From: Octopus vulgaris
Lineage: Eukaryota
Direction of reading: 5' to 3'
Length of the DNA stretch: 64,000 bases
Assembly: GCA_951406725.2 (NCBI GenBank)
Contig: OX597822.1
Span: forward strand, 64,790,001-64,854,000
The notes beneath the pieces are model-generated. The model was not told where the DNA came from, did not search any database, and saw only the letters and a list, made by a program, of their open reading frames with translations. Below are positions 42,756-57,971 of the stretch, piece by piece (position 1 is the stretch's first letter; each line of letters opens with the position of its first letter). The translations under genes were made by a program, and so were the position numbers.

Positions 42756-42959
42756 ATTGTTGAAATTATATATATATATATATATATATGTATATTATCT
42801 ATATATATATATATATATATATTCTCTATACCCATGTGTCTATAAATAAACTTGCACAAACGCGTCCACATGCATGAACGTTTATATATATATATATATA
42901 TCTGTTTTCCGTGTTCGTCCCTTCGTGTATTTCACGTTCTTAATATATAAATTTTTATT

Positions 42960-43009
<50 letters not shown>

Positions 43010-43551
43010 TGTGTGTGTGTGTAGATATTTATGTATTTATATATGTATTCACATATATTTACACCATGCAACAGTATGAATGAGACGAACGTAGATGTTT
43101 TCTGGTATGAAATTTTTGAAATGAGCGACGTTAGAGTGAGCGTGTCGGTCGAAAGGTGCTGAAAATGTCGTGTTCGCCAGACAACAGCTGATGAAGGGAA
43201 TGCCCCTCAGTTAAAGTGCGTATGGAATTTTACTATAGCATGTTTGTATGTATGAATGTTTATATATATATATACATATAAATACATGTGTGTGTGTGCG
43301 CGTGTGTATAAATATATAGGCGCTTATGACTGTGTGGATATATATATATATATATATTTGCAAATTAACATTGCTGTTCTTCATCTCTCTCTCTCACATT
43401 CTTTATATATTTCTGCACACACACCCACACTTGCACACCCGTTCATATATATAAATATGTATATTTTTGTATACATATGTATAAATATGTATATTTATAC
43501 ATATGCATATATAAGATATAAATATATTCGCAAATATAGATGTAAATCTAA

Positions 43552-43625
<74 letters not shown>

Positions 43626-44629
43626 GTGTGTGTATGTGTGTGTATCTTTATATTTATATATGTATATATGTATATATATGTGTATGCATGTATATATATA
43701 TATATATATACACACACACGTATATACATACATCCATATATACATGTATATTAATATGAGTATTTCCTCACATCCACGCACATACATTCACACACACTCA
43801 CACATACACACATGCATATGTGTGTATAAATTACCACCATATGGGCATGTAAAGTTATGCTGCTTACGCATGTTAATAGATGTACGTGTGCGTGTGTGTG
43901 TGTGTGTATGCGTGTTTGTATTTGAAAGTGTTAGAGCTGGAAGAGAGGCAGAGGTCTCGAGTGATAATTAGAGACAGGGAAGAGGAAGGAAATAGAAGAG
44001 AAGTACAGAAGAGGAGTGGGAAGGTAATAGGAGAACGTGTTGCTGCGTCTCAAATGAAGTGCGTAATGACATTATCGGTGGCAAGATGAAACTTTAGTAG
44101 ATGTGCATGAAATGAAGCACTTCTGAGAGCGAGAGAAATTAATATGTAGGTAGAAGTGTAGGAGTGGTATGGATCGTGTTGGTGGTAGTACTGATGCTGA
44201 TGGTGTTGAGGATGGTAGCGAAACGGTTGATGGTGTTTGTGGTGGTGATGGTGGTGCTGTAGGTACAGGAATATCGTTTTCTAACGTAAGCACAAAACTA
44301 TACATACGAGGGGATAGGAAAATCGACCAAACTGACGTCAATAACTGATTTGTACTTATTTTATGGATACCGGAAGCATAAAAAATGCTTCCGGTACCCA
44401 TTCTGCACTGGATTTAATCCGATGCTCTACTGATCCTGATACGAGTTCTTATTATGAGAGGATGGGGTAGATGAAGAATCGGAAATGGAGACTGTCATTT
44501 GTCTCACCTAAAATCCTTCAGATTTTGGAAAATGCAGTGAATATAGTTATTCCAAACGTTGATTAAATCACAAAATCACATCCACCTTTAATTTCTTTCT
44601 CTTACCCTTGGCATTATTGGTATAGTAAA

Positions 44630-44840
44630 ATGGCGGCAATCTGGCAGAATCGTTAGTATGCTGGACGATGTGATTAGCAGTATTATGCCTGTCGCAACGT
44701 TCTGAGTTCCTATTCCGCAGGGGTCGACTTTGCTTTTCTGGGTCGATAAATTAAGTACCAGTTGTGTAGTGGGGTCGATGTAATCGATTATCCCCCTCTT
44801 CCAAATTTCAGGTCTTGTGCCTACAGTAGAAAGGATTATT
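44630..44840 (+). mobile_element. SINE family F
   Basis: Family F motifs; ATTATTGGTATAGTAAAA duplicated on both sides. Confidence 0.8.
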
Positions 44841-45341
44841 GGTATAGTAAAACCTGGTGAAATAGATTGAAAAGAAAACTTATTCAGTTGGTCCGTTTGC
44901 ACAAGGGGCTTACGAGAGAGTACCGAAATGTTTCTGGCTTTGGGTTAAAGAAAATACAGGAGGATCAGTTAATTATGATTTTATTCAACATACCCCCTCT
45001 CTCAGACGCATACACTTGTTGCAGCGGTCGTAAAAGAACTTGGAAGGTTGGGTCTCCAGCCAAAAACTTTCGCGACACCTTTAAAGCCAGGGACTTTTCG
45101 GCAACCCCTCGTACTTTTGCTTATTACAAACACTTGTCTCACGGTTGTTTTCTCTTGTTTATGTTGACATCATGCTCAGTTCGAAATCGCTTTAAAAGCT
45201 GAAATATAGTTGTGTCACATGCGATCAGTCTCTATTTAATCAATCGTGGTTTTCCAAACCGTTTTTATATATATTTTCCCTTTGACTATCTTATCCAAGA
45301 TGTCATCTATTTGAGGTTGTTACGGAGCATTAATTGCTTTT

Positions 45342-45520
45342 CAGTTCTATATTTAAGGGATGATGAATTATGTACATTATTTACATTATTTACATTTGAC
45401 GGATATTTGTCCTCATCTTGTTTGCTATTAACACAACGTTTCGGCTGATATACCCCACCCCAGCCCACATCAGGTATTTTGTGGAAATTTCGAACCTGGG
45501 TTCTCATTCCTAAGGTATTG
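45342..45520 (-). mobile_element. Second copy of the hammerhead-bearing tail of the 8666-9024 element
   Basis: Minus strand AUAC-CUGAUGU-G-GGCUG..CAGCC-GAAA-CGUU-GUGU at 45431-45477. Confidence 0.75.
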
Positions 45521-45650
45521 ATATTAATATGATGTTGATATTATTATTATATAATGTAAATAACGTAAATAATTAATTGCTTTTCCTAGCAGGTCGACCG
45601 AATATGTAGAAACTCACACATTGGTTGGGATGGGACATATCTTTTACTGT

Positions 45651-46026
45651 GGAGGCGCAATGGCCCAGTGGTTGGCGCAGCGGACTTGCGGTCGTAGGAT
45701 CGTGGTTTCGATTCCTAGACCAGGCGTTGTGAGTGTTTATTGAGCGAAAACACTTAAAAGCGCCGCGAGGCTCCGACAGCGGGTGGTGGCGAACCATTCT
45801 GTACTCTTTCACCACAATTTCCTCTTACTCTTTCTTCCTGTTTCTGCTGTACCTGTATTTCAAAGGGCCAACCTTGTCACACTATGAGTCACGCAGAATC
45901 TTCCCGAGAACTACGTTAAGGGTACACGTGTTTTTTGAGTGCTCAGCAACTTGCAGGTTAATTTCACCAGCAGGCTGTTCCGTTGATGAGATCAACTATA
46001 ACTCTCGTCGTCGTAACCGACGGAAA
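45651..46026 (+). mobile_element. tRNA-Arg-like SINE family C
   Basis: Homologous to 29445-29823. Confidence 0.85.
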
Positions 46027-46958
46027 ACCACGATCTTTTTACTAACTACAATAACGTAACACTTGAGGAATACTTGATAGTGTAGAGCACAGGTATAAAA
46101 AAATGCCTCATATTTGTTGTTGCCTTCGGAATCCACTTTGCCTTGCGAGGAGCGATACGATAAAGTCAGTCACATACCTGAGTAATTTTAAACGACTATA
46201 TCGTTTATAAATGTGTGGCATTTATGAATAACGTTCAAAATATTTCTGATACACACAAGATTGGAAAGCAAAGTTCTATCCGACGGGATTTATAATCAGA
46301 AAATATACCAAGCCCTTTGCTGTCTCTGTGACCCTATGTCATCTTATAAATTCTTCTTAATTTGTTTTTAGTCAAAGCAGGAAACGGATAAGGTAGAAGG
46401 TGTAAATTGATTTACAATTATATGTTGAATAAACAGTTAAGCCTCAAAATGGTAACTAAACATCAGAACTCAAGAGTATCGATGGAGATATTTTAGATGG
46501 ACTTGTTTTGTTTTACATTAAAAGTTTCAAGATGTACATACGTGATCCATTTTCACACCGAAGCCTTATAAAACCATGTTTACAAATTCGTTACCAAATA
46601 CGCTGCGTTGGTGTTCCACTTAATTAATAAGCGCGGCTGGCTTTACCCGACTCACAAAGTTCCTTCAGTAGAGAGGGTAAAAATAAGCGATCAGCAATGA
46701 CGGCTTTTAGGAAAGTTGAAACTAATTCATCCCAACTTTCTGCCTACTTTGTTGCTGTGAGTCCTGTCGATTAACCATGGTGTATGTTTTCACTGCATTA
46801 TACATGCATATGTGTGAGTGTGTGTGTGTGTAACTACGTATGTATATATGTGTGTGTGTATATATACATATATGTGTACGTGTAGATTAAACTTATGATT
46901 GAAGCTGTTTTCGAAAAGTAAATCTTGCTTTCTCTCTCTCTCTCTCTCTCTCTCTCCT

Positions 46959-47017
<59 letters not shown>

Positions 47018-47166
47018 TGTATATACATATATATATATATACATATATATATGTATGTATATACACACACATATATATATATATACATACATACATATAT
47101 ATATATATACATATATATATATGTATGCATATATATATATATATATATACATACACACACATATAC

Positions 47167-47265
<99 letters not shown>

Positions 47266-47325
47266 CCACGTGTGTATCGTTGGCGATTTTCTTTCTCTGT
47301 CTTCCCTTCTTAGGACTTTCTCTAT

Positions 47326-47360
47326 ATTTCTGACGAAGAGCTCCGCTCGAAACGTGAAAT
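47326..47360 (+). ncRNA. Minimal type I hammerhead motif in a (TA)n-flanked repeat (47265-47460)
   Basis: AUUU-CUGACGA-A-GAGC ucc GCUC-GAAA-CGU-G-AAAU; the cleavage-site base is G, so this copy is probably inactive. Confidence 0.65.
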
Positions 47361-47476
47361 CCTTCTTCTTTCTTTCCTTTCCTAAACGTCCAATAACACT
47401 TACTTATTCCACGTCCTCGCGTTGTTGTGTTTTCTCTTTGTTCATGTTTGGATTAACACTATGAACATATACTTAC

Positions 47477-47536
<60 letters not shown>

Positions 47537-48243
47537 ACACACATACACACAGACACTCATATATTTATATCTGTCTATTTGGCTACTCCCTTCACTCTCT
47601 TTCTCACTCTCTCTCGCTTTCTCACTCTCTCTCGCTTTCTCACTCTCTCTCTAACTACCTATTTATCAACCAGTCTGTTTGGAATAATCGGAATGATCCC
47701 GCTTGGTATCCTTTTCCATCGTTGATCGCTTGAATCAGGAGTGATCTAGGGCTAAACGCCATCAACAATCCTAACATGAGCATCACAGAAAATAACACAT
47801 TATATTTTCATCAAAAGGCAACGCAAATAACAATGTAGTTACCAAAAACCCCCTAAAAAACAACAACAACAACCAAACAAAAGCAACGAAAAAAGTATGA
47901 AAACGAAAGCAGAAAGACAGTCATAAAGTAATCGGTATCAGAGTGGTATTTTGTGTAATATATTATAAGAGATGGGTGGGTGGGGGAGTCAGGTTTGGAT
48001 CGTTCTTTCAATGTTCTGTCCCGCCCACAAGATACAGTTGCTCCCGTTACACATACTGTAAGTTCTCTGACGTGAACACCTTTAGCAGAAGATGTCAGCT
48101 TGGATGTGGATTCGTTGAAACATTACCCCACAGCTCTAAGGATGATATATATTCAAATTACGAACGTACGCATACACATTCATATATAACTACGTGCATA
48201 CGTAAGTGCGTACGTGTAAGTACATATATAAGTGTGTACGTGA

Positions 48244-48311
<68 letters not shown>

Positions 48312-48497
48312 TACATCTATATACATATACATATATATAATATATATATACACAAAAACATATATATATATATATATATATATACATACATAGATAGATA
48401 CACACACACACACATATATGTATAATATATATATATATATATATATGTACATATAAATATATATAACAAATGGATATACATATATATACATATTTAC

Positions 48498-48567
<70 letters not shown>

Positions 48568-48610
48568 TAATAAATCTCTAAGCGAGGTATAAACAGTAAC
48601 TGCTCTGTAA

Positions 48611-48714
48611 TATAAGCGGGACCAGCCATCTGAATGTGGCCTGGGGCTAAATGCATCAGTAACACCCCCACCACCCCGCCCTGTTCCTAGCCACATTCAG
48701 ATGGCTGGTCCCGC

Positions 48715-48719
<5 letters not shown>
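48611..48719. repeat. Perfect 30-bp inverted repeat with 49-nt spacer inside (TA)n
   Basis: TATAAGCGGGACCAGCCATCTGAATGTGGC (48611-40) / GCCACATTCAGATGGCTGGTCCCGCTTATA (48690-719). Confidence 0.9.
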
Positions 48720-48770
<51 letters not shown>

Positions 48771-49334
48771 AGGTGGATGGATAGATAGATGTTTGTATAT
48801 ATTTATATATATGTATATCACAACTAACTTTTTGTTTAATTCAGGTGTATCTTCGTAGTACGAGATGATAAAATAGATAGAAAAAAGATGTATATACCCT
48901 GGATGATGTATAGCCTGTCTACTTTTCTGGGGTTGTGGTTCTGGTATTAATGGGTATGATAGTGGTGCTTTTGTCTTTGCTTTTTGCTGTTGTTGTTGTT
49001 ATTGTTGTTAGTGGTGGTGATGGTGCTGTTGGTGGTAGTAAGATGTGAAAGTTGGCGGTAGACTCTGAATCTGGATGAGTTGTCGAGTTATTATTGCTTC
49101 GCTTGTGTAATTTAAGAGAGTGAGTTATTAATACATAGTGGAGTAGATTGAGGAGACATTGCAAGTTTAGATCGTAAAATGAAATATAGTAACATTGTCG
49201 AGTGTGAAAATGAACGACGGAGACAAGGGCGACCGTTTAATAAATGCGTTTTTAATGCACGAGAAAGTTGAAATATAGACGCAAACACCCACCCGCCCAC
49301 CCATACACACGTGCATGTATGTATATAGGCATTC

Positions 49335-50082
<748 letters not shown>

Positions 50083-50549
50083 GACCCAGCGAACTTCCAC
50101 CATGGGTCATCACAATTGCTTAAGGTAAAAATGAATTCCTCGCTCTTTCGGAAACATCAATCTTCTGTATTGACCGCTTTCCACCACTTTGATCTGTTTT
50201 TTGTATTGAATACGTATCGCCACCGTGGGCCACTGCATCGAACACTTTGAACATATACTTCAAACTATATATCAACTATACATGAACTATATATCAACTA
50301 TACATGAACTCTAAGATGTCTGACTCCGTTGTGTATTATAAATGAATTTCTTGTGTTTGACGGCATGAGCTGTCTTTTTTTATATATAACTTTTTTTGAT
50401 AAGGTTCATTTCAGGAACTGAAACATGTTATAATGTATATATAAAAATTAAAAATTGTATAATACAGCAGCATTTTCGAACTTCATTTTTTACAAATATA
50501 TATATATATATATATGTATATAACAGGAAGCTTTACGAGCACATACATA

Positions 50550-50697
50550 CTGTATTTTCTTATGTATAAGACTCGCTATCTTATATTTGATATTAACCGA
50601 AAACTTGGGGGCATATCTATATCTATGAAGTAAAGATAAATGTGTATCAAGATTTGACACCACATTAGGGGTGCGTCTTATACATGCGTAAATATGG
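50550..50697. mobile_element. Tc1/pogo-type MITE
   Basis: CTGTATTTTCTTATGTATAAGAC / GTCTTATACATGCGTAAATATGG inverted ends. Confidence 0.6.
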
Positions 50698-50771
50698 AAA
50701 CCTGAGATCAAACTACAGTCGAGTAAATGGACGCTAGTGCGTGATTAGTATTTATTTTGCAGCATAATATT

Positions 50772-51890
50772 GATTTCAAATTTTGGCACAAGGCCAACAA
50801 TTTCGGGAGAGGAAGTAAGTCGATTACATCGACCCCAGTGCACAACTGATACTTATTTTATCGACCCTAGAAATGAGGAAAGGCAAAGTCGACCTAGGTA
50901 GAACTTGAACTCAGACGAAGTGCCGTAAAGCTTTTTGCCCGGCGTGCTGCCAGCTCACCGTTTAACTTGATAGCATAATATTCTTTTCTACTCTAGGCAC
51001 AAGGCCCGAAATGTTTGGGGAAGGGGGCCAGTCGAGTATATCGACCCCAGTGCGCAACTGGTACTTAATTTATTGACCCCGAAAGGATGAAAGGCAAAGT
51101 CGACTTCGGTGGAATTTGAACTTAGAACGTAAAGACAGACGAAATACCGCTAAGTATTTTGCCCGGCGGTCTAACGTGTCTTATTTCTTTATTGCCCACA
51201 AGGAGCTAAACATAGCGGGGACAAACAAGGACAAAGGGATTAAGTCGTAAATACTGGGGTCGTAAGTACCAGTTACGACCCCAGTGCGTAACTGGTGCTT
51301 AATTTATCGACCCCGAAAGGATGAAAGGCAAAGTCAACCTCGGTGGAATTTGAACTTAGAACGTAAAGACAGACGAAATACCGCTAAGCATTTCGCCCGG
51401 CGGTCTAACGTTTCTTATTTCTTTATTGCCCACAAGGGGCTAAACATAGAGGGGACAAACAAGGACAGACATAGGGATTAAATCGATGACATCGACCCCA
51501 GTGCATAACTGGTACTTAATTTATTGGCCCTGAATATGAAAGGCAAAGTCGACCTCGGCGGAATTTGAACTAAGAACGTAACGGCAGACAAAATACCTAT
51601 TTCTTTACTAACCACAACGGGGCTAAACACAAAGAGGATAAACAAGGACAGACAAACGGATTAAGTCGATTATATCGACCCCAGTGCGTAACTGGTACTT
51701 AATTTATCGACCCCGAAAGGATGAAAGGCAAAGTCGATCTCGGCGGAATTTGAACTCAGAACGTAACGGCGGACGAAATACGGCTACGCATTTCTCCCGG
51801 CGTGCTAACGCTTCTGCCAGCTCGCCCCCTTTACGAAATGTCGCTAAGCATTTTACTCGGCGTTCTAACGATCCTGCCAGCTTGCCGTTG
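50772..51890 (-). mobile_element. Head-to-tail array of about 5 SINE family F units
   Basis: GACCCCAGTGC..AACTGGTACTTAATTTAT..GAAAGGCAAAGTC..GGAATTTGAAC repeated. Confidence 0.85.
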
Positions 51891-53039
51891 TATGAGAGCA
51901 TAATATTACAGGGCCGAACATTGAGGTCAACCCGGGAAAGAGTCGAGCTCAGAATGTAAATTAGTGTGACAAAATGCAAGAAGGGATTTAATCGACTTTC
52001 TTTTACTCAAGATTATAGAACAACGATTCTTTGCATTAATAGAAGATTAGAAATTTGTAGCAAAGATGTGTGTAATTGATTCGATTACCGCTTTTTGTTT
52101 TATCTGTCCCGGAATGAAATGAATAGCGGAGATAATCCTGAAGGATTTCAACATAAAATGTAGAGAATTTAGATAAATTCTTTGAAATATTTCGTTCATA
52201 GCTTTACCATTTCTGTTATTATTCCGTCCTGAAAAATTCTTAGAATATTGTTTCGCTGTATACAAATACTTCCGCCAAGTAAGGGCAGATAAGCAGATGC
52301 CCCAGTTACATTAAGAATGAACTAAATGGGATTGCTTTTAGGCTAGAGGCCACACCGCATATTTTACAACAGAGACCTTAAACATGTAACTAAGAAGAAC
52401 TAAGATATGCTAGCCCGGAAATATTACAGAGCTTGAATGTAATAGATATTAGTTATTTGAAACACAGTTGAACAATTAAGAAGATAAAAAATAACTGAAA
52501 CAATATATAAAGAAATGGTTTTGCGATAAAAGCAATCATTTATGCTTTCATTGCTAGGATTTGTTTTCAATTATTTAAATATCCCGTAGCACAAGGTATG
52601 TTACCCTTTGTGTGTTCCATCTTGGCAACTTTCAAACTAATGTTATATAATGTAGCTTACTGTTCTGTAAGTTAACATACATTTTCGATGTAATTTTTAT
52701 TTGTTTCCTTCTCAGCATTCAGAGTTAAAAGAATTTGGCAAACAATCACATATTTAAATGTGTACCAAGTTCGTCACTCAAGCAATGTTTCCCTAGACTT
52801 GGGTTTTGTTTCCCTCAACGGCAAAACCTTATATCCTTTCAAACGTTTGAATTTTCTGAATTTGTAAAGTAATTTACCGAATAATACAATGTATACGTGA
52901 ACCGTAATTGCTAAATCTATGAAGCTGTAACCCAGTGGGTCTCACCCATATTTTTCCTATGGTTTTTCTGATTTTTAAGCTTTCACTGGTGCCCTCCCCC
53001 CATAACCATTCGATGTTTAAGAAATCCTGTTATATTGCT

Positions 53040-53343
53040 GAGACCCCCTTCGGACATGACTGACCATGGGATTGCACCGAGAAAGTTACCCTCCCAGGCA
53101 CAGGTCCGGGCAAGGTTGCTTATGGAAGACTAGCAGTCGCCCATGCATACCGGCCTCCCCTCTCCATGCCACCAGTGTTATCCAAGGGAAAGGCGAAGAG
53201 GTCGATACAGCTTGGCACCTGTGACGTCGCAACTCATTTCTACAGCTGAGTGAACTGGAGCAAAGTGAAATAAAGTATCTTGCTCAAGAACACAACACGC
53301 AGCCCGGTCCGGGATTCGAACTCGACGCTCTAACCACTGAGCC
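53040..53343 (-). mobile_element. SINE family G
   Basis: Homologous to 37615-37947. Confidence 0.85.
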
Positions 53344-53954
53344 AGAATTAAAGGCAATCGTGATGTACCTATAGTTAACAAAATTGGATGATTACTAATG
53401 CTTGAATACGTTACAATGGTCACCTATATTTGTGAGCGATGTGGGGAAAAATATTATTATTAATTTACATTTAATTCATTTGTGTTAGGAATAGTAAAGG
53501 AAAGTAAGCAGGTAATTTGTCTCATGAATTGTCAATATTAAATTCTAATAAGAATTTCTATATATTTCAGTTTGCCTATTAATCTTGATTATATCTAAGT
53601 CATACCGAATTGAAAAAATAAGATGAAGAAATTTCATGATTTAAAATAGCTCATGCGGTGAATGATAATGATAGCGTTATAATTTATCACATGCAAAGGT
53701 ATATAGGCTCCAGTCAGAATTTCGAAAAATTATCATTTCAAAAGTAACTTGCATCATTTATCACGTGATACAACATACTGCGACTGAGATTTGATTATTG
53801 ATAGGTGATTAAATGAAAGGAACTATATAACGAAGGTGTTTCGGAATTCTTAGTTTTTATTCTGAAATTACCATTTCTTAGAAACCTGAAATCAATTTCA
53901 GCCTTGGCTAATTTTCATGATCAAGACCTATAAGTCCTTAAAATCCTTGAAAAT

Positions 53955-54170
53955 GTTTCAGCTCGAAATCTGTGGCCATGCTGGGGCACCACCGTTGAAT
54001 GAGCTACACTAGTATGTGAAACCACCTCTCATACGTGGCACTTGGTCAACAAGGGAGTTCGACGCCGCTGCCCGCATCTGTGTTTCCTGCCGAGAGGTAG
54101 GTTCATCTGGAACCCCTGACAAGAAGAGATCCAGTTTAGTTTTAAAGAAACCCACATCCACACCATGCAG
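53955..54170 (-). mobile_element. CR1-like LINE 3' end
   Basis: LHGVDVGFFKTKLDLFLSGVPDEP..RAAASNSLVDQ; tail GGTGGTGCCCCAGCATGGCCACAG..GCTGAAAC. Confidence 0.75.
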
Positions 54171-54689
54171 CTTTGTTGACGTTACTTTCAGTTGTATGTA
54201 AGCTTTGTTATAAGCATAGAAAAGTTGAAAATTACATATTATTATTGGTACTGCACCAGTTGTCCGCAAGGAAGACCCGTAAAAATATATCTCTGCAGAA
54301 TTTCGAGTAATCAGGTGAAGATACATTGGCGTTTTTGCTTAAACATATTTCTACAAATTGTAGTAATTGTTATAATAAAGCTAACGAATTTGAATCACTA
54401 TTAATTCAATAAAATAAATGCAGAATATTAGAATCGTTACACTATTTTAAATGTTAATTTACTTAAATGGTAATAATAATATATTATAGTTCTGAAGGGG
54501 TTAAAATTTTTAATTTGTTAGGCTAATATAATTGAATAATTTGTAGAATGAACGCTGGGAAAATGACTGGCTTTATTTGAAAAACTCTGTTTAATGAACT
54601 TATAAAACCATTCCAGGTGTTCTCAACGACACTACACAATAAACGATGATATTTTCTAACAAAATGAATTTTACGTTGTTTAACTTCAT

Positions 54690-55858
54690 TATAAAAATTT
54701 TACTTGGTGAAGTAGGTACAAACCATTCTTCTGCTTTTATTGGCGAATATACCGAAGCCGTCGACTATTGTACAACTTGCTTAACAATGGTATGAAAGTC
54801 AAGGTGAGATTTATGGGATTTATCATTTGCCAGACATAAAATCGTAAACAATATTTTCAAACGTCTGTTTATAGACCAGCAACTACATTTATGCAAATGT
54901 AGAGAAGTATTCTTTGACAAGGCGAGAATACTTAAGATATAATTTGGAGTGGTCAAACGTTTGAAATAAATTGAACACATTTCCATGAACGTTCTTTAAC
55001 TGTGTGTGAAAGAAACTACAGTGAAATTTAAAAGACTATTCAAGGTGGTCAGAAACAGTAAAGTGTTTGTTAGTATTTGTGTGTATTCACCATAGAGGGA
55101 AAATGTACTTGGTGATTTGAAGAAAGAAAATATGGAAGAGTCTGAGAGTAAATTGATGATGTCTGGTGGTATTTTAACTCTATGTGCAACTTAAATATCT
55201 GCTGCTCACTTTCAAAGAAATTTTCATAATAATAATGACCTATTTTCATAATAATAATGGCCGAATCGTTAACACGCCAGGAACAATGAAGAACGGCGTT
55301 TCGTCCGTCTTTACGTTCTGAGTTCAAATTCGGCCGAGGTCAAATCTTCCTTTCATTTTTATAGACGCAGAAGTGGCTGTGTTGTAAGCAGCTTGCTTAC
55401 TAACCACATGGTTCCGGGTTCATTCCCACTGCGTGGCACCTTGGGCAAGTGTCTGATACTATAGCCTCGGGCCGACCAAAGCCTTGTGAGTGGATTTGGT
55501 AGACGGAAACTGAAGGAAGCCCGAAGTATATATGTATATATATACATGTATGTGTATGTAAATTTTTGGTTGACAACCGATGGTGGTGTGTTTACGCCCC
55601 CGTAACTTATCGGTTCGGCAAAAGAGACTGATAGAATAAGTACTAGGCTCACAAAGAATAAGTCCTGGGGCCGCAGTCAAATCACTGAAACAAGTAAAAG
55701 AGTATTCAATTGTTAGTTTGAATGTTTGCAGTCGCAAGTGGATGCTAAAGTTTAGGGTCATGTATTTAGATGCTAGGCTTTGAAAAATTTCATTTTCTCT
55801 TTGGATGAAATCTCAACCTAGCTCTTGTAGTCGCATAGCTAAAATATTGCCAAGAGAT

Positions 55859-55907
<49 letters not shown>

Positions 55908-56022
55908 TTTTGAAAAATATGTGAAATGAAGATCTTTTGATCTTCTCTATGTTGATATTTTGCGGAACACAGAGAGTGGCACACCATTTCTCAGAACCTG
56001 TATTACTAAGAAAGCGAAGGAC

Positions 56023-56101
<79 letters not shown>

Positions 56102-56740
56102 GTAATAATAATAATAATAAAAAAGAAAAAAGATGGGAATAGGAACTGATTTAATTTACATTCCATTGACATGGAAGAGAGCGTCGCGTGTGACGCATGC
56201 GTATCTTGAGGGGATCGATACTATAATGTCTTCTGTTGACCAGTGTTTTGATTAGACGAGTTATAAGATATATTCAAGGCAAGAGACATTGCTACTTACG
56301 GTGATCATCAAAGAATATACATCATTAGATATTAATGTTATTAAGATTGCATATTCCAAAGACGTTGACGTTAATTCTTTGATTGTTCAATTTCCAGTAT
56401 TTGAAGTTTCTGCGAGATATACCTCCGTTTGTTGCGTAACTGTCATTACAGAGTATCTGAATGAAAAAATGCAGCCTTTAGCGTGTACGTAATATCGAGG
56501 ATTCTACAAGTTGCTAACTTTTACTGGTGAATTCTTCGACATCTGTTATTTCTCAAAGAAAATTTTTCTTTCACAAAATGTTTGAAGAAATGTCTTCGGT
56601 CAAGAATGATATAAGGAGATTAAATTATTTGTCTATACTTCCGTATCACAAAGAACAGACAACAGACAAAATAAATCTGATTGCAATTGCTGCAGAATGT
56701 GCTTCCAGGAATAAGAAGAGTTAAGATAAATTCCGACAAA
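54690..56740 (+). pseudogene. Highly decayed ZMYM1-like hAT transposase, interrupted by SINEs and microsatellites
   Basis: Fragments GIYHLPDIKS*TIF, LHLCKCREVFFDKA, and C-terminal RLNYLSILPYHKEQTTDKINLIAIAAECASRN resembling the hAT dimerisation domain. Confidence 0.55.
55363..55703 (+). mobile_element. SINE family A
   Basis: Family A motifs. Confidence 0.85.
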
Positions 56741-57903
56741 TGCTGACTGGTTTCATCGTAAATTTAATTGAAAATAAACAAGGTATAAAAAAAAAAAGAA
56801 ATGCGTAATATTATTGTAATTGTTTTTCACTTCAAGAATATTATCGTATAATTGATATTTTACTTTATATCCGTTACAAACTATTATTAATACCTTCCAG
56901 ACCATGAAGTTGTGGAATAATAAGAGGAAAGAAATCATGACTCAGTTGCTAGTTCTACGGTCTATAATTACCCTTTCATGTAAATTTATATTTAAACGCA
57001 TAAATTAAAAAACTTGGACGCTCGAAGATATTCTGACGATCTCCACAGTTTACAATATGAACGCCAAATCTTATTAACCACCCACCCATCTAGCCACCCA
57101 CCAACCATTCAGACTCATGAAGCTAACATCGCAAGCTGTAATTATTTTACTTACTACCAGGCTAAAATTCGGAACTCTGGGTAACTTGTAATAGCTTTTA
57201 TCGACAACAGTTTATCTGCAGACTCAAAATGTTATATTCTTCATTGAAGCACGGTGATGTTGTTAGTGAAATTCGTTTCGGGACAACATGGTTTCGGGTT
57301 CGATCGTACTGTGCGGTACCTTAAGAAAGAGTCTTCCACTATAGCGTCGTGTTGATCAAAGACTTTTTCCTGACATTTTGCTTGGCAGGAATTGTGTAGA
57401 AAACCAAGAGAGGAACTGTTAACATTTTGTGGGGTTGGCTTTATAACAGGTCCATTAGCATCTAACAGAACTGACTGTATCACAAGGGTTCAAAACAAGT
57501 TTTAGGTCTCCAGGTTCTGGCTATATTTCTTTCTTTTTCCAAACAATCTTGGAGGTATGGAAGAGAACATTGCCATTCCTCATTAATTATAAACAATGAA
57601 CTTATTGGAATCATCTGCTCTTCTATAGACTAATTGCTGTCGACATTAACAATACTCAAATTATCCCTCGGATTAAGGATTTAAATCTGTTGCAGGTTTA
57701 CTAAATGTTGAAGAGTATTACACAAATGTAACGCAATATAACGAAATTTTTCGTGGTGTATCTTAGAGATTGTATCATGTATTGCTACAATAAACTCTGC
57801 CATATTGGCGTAGATGCATTCATCCTATATATATATACCACACATATATGCTCTCTTTCCCTTAATATGTGAGTGTGTACGTGTATATATGCATGTGTGT
57901 GGG

Positions 57904-57944
<41 letters not shown>

Positions 57945-57971
57945 CGAGCTAGATAGACAGATATATATATA

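Noticed and set aside
43186-43210. CAGCTGATGAAGGGAAT (similar CAGCTGAAGAAGGGGAAT on minus at 58965-58982) as a hammerhead
   Set aside because: The core 5' half is present but I could not find a correctly placed GAAA, stem III and stem I
44867-45202. 111-aa non-repetitive ORF
   Set aside because: Non-ATG start, no recognisable motif and no supporting splice signals
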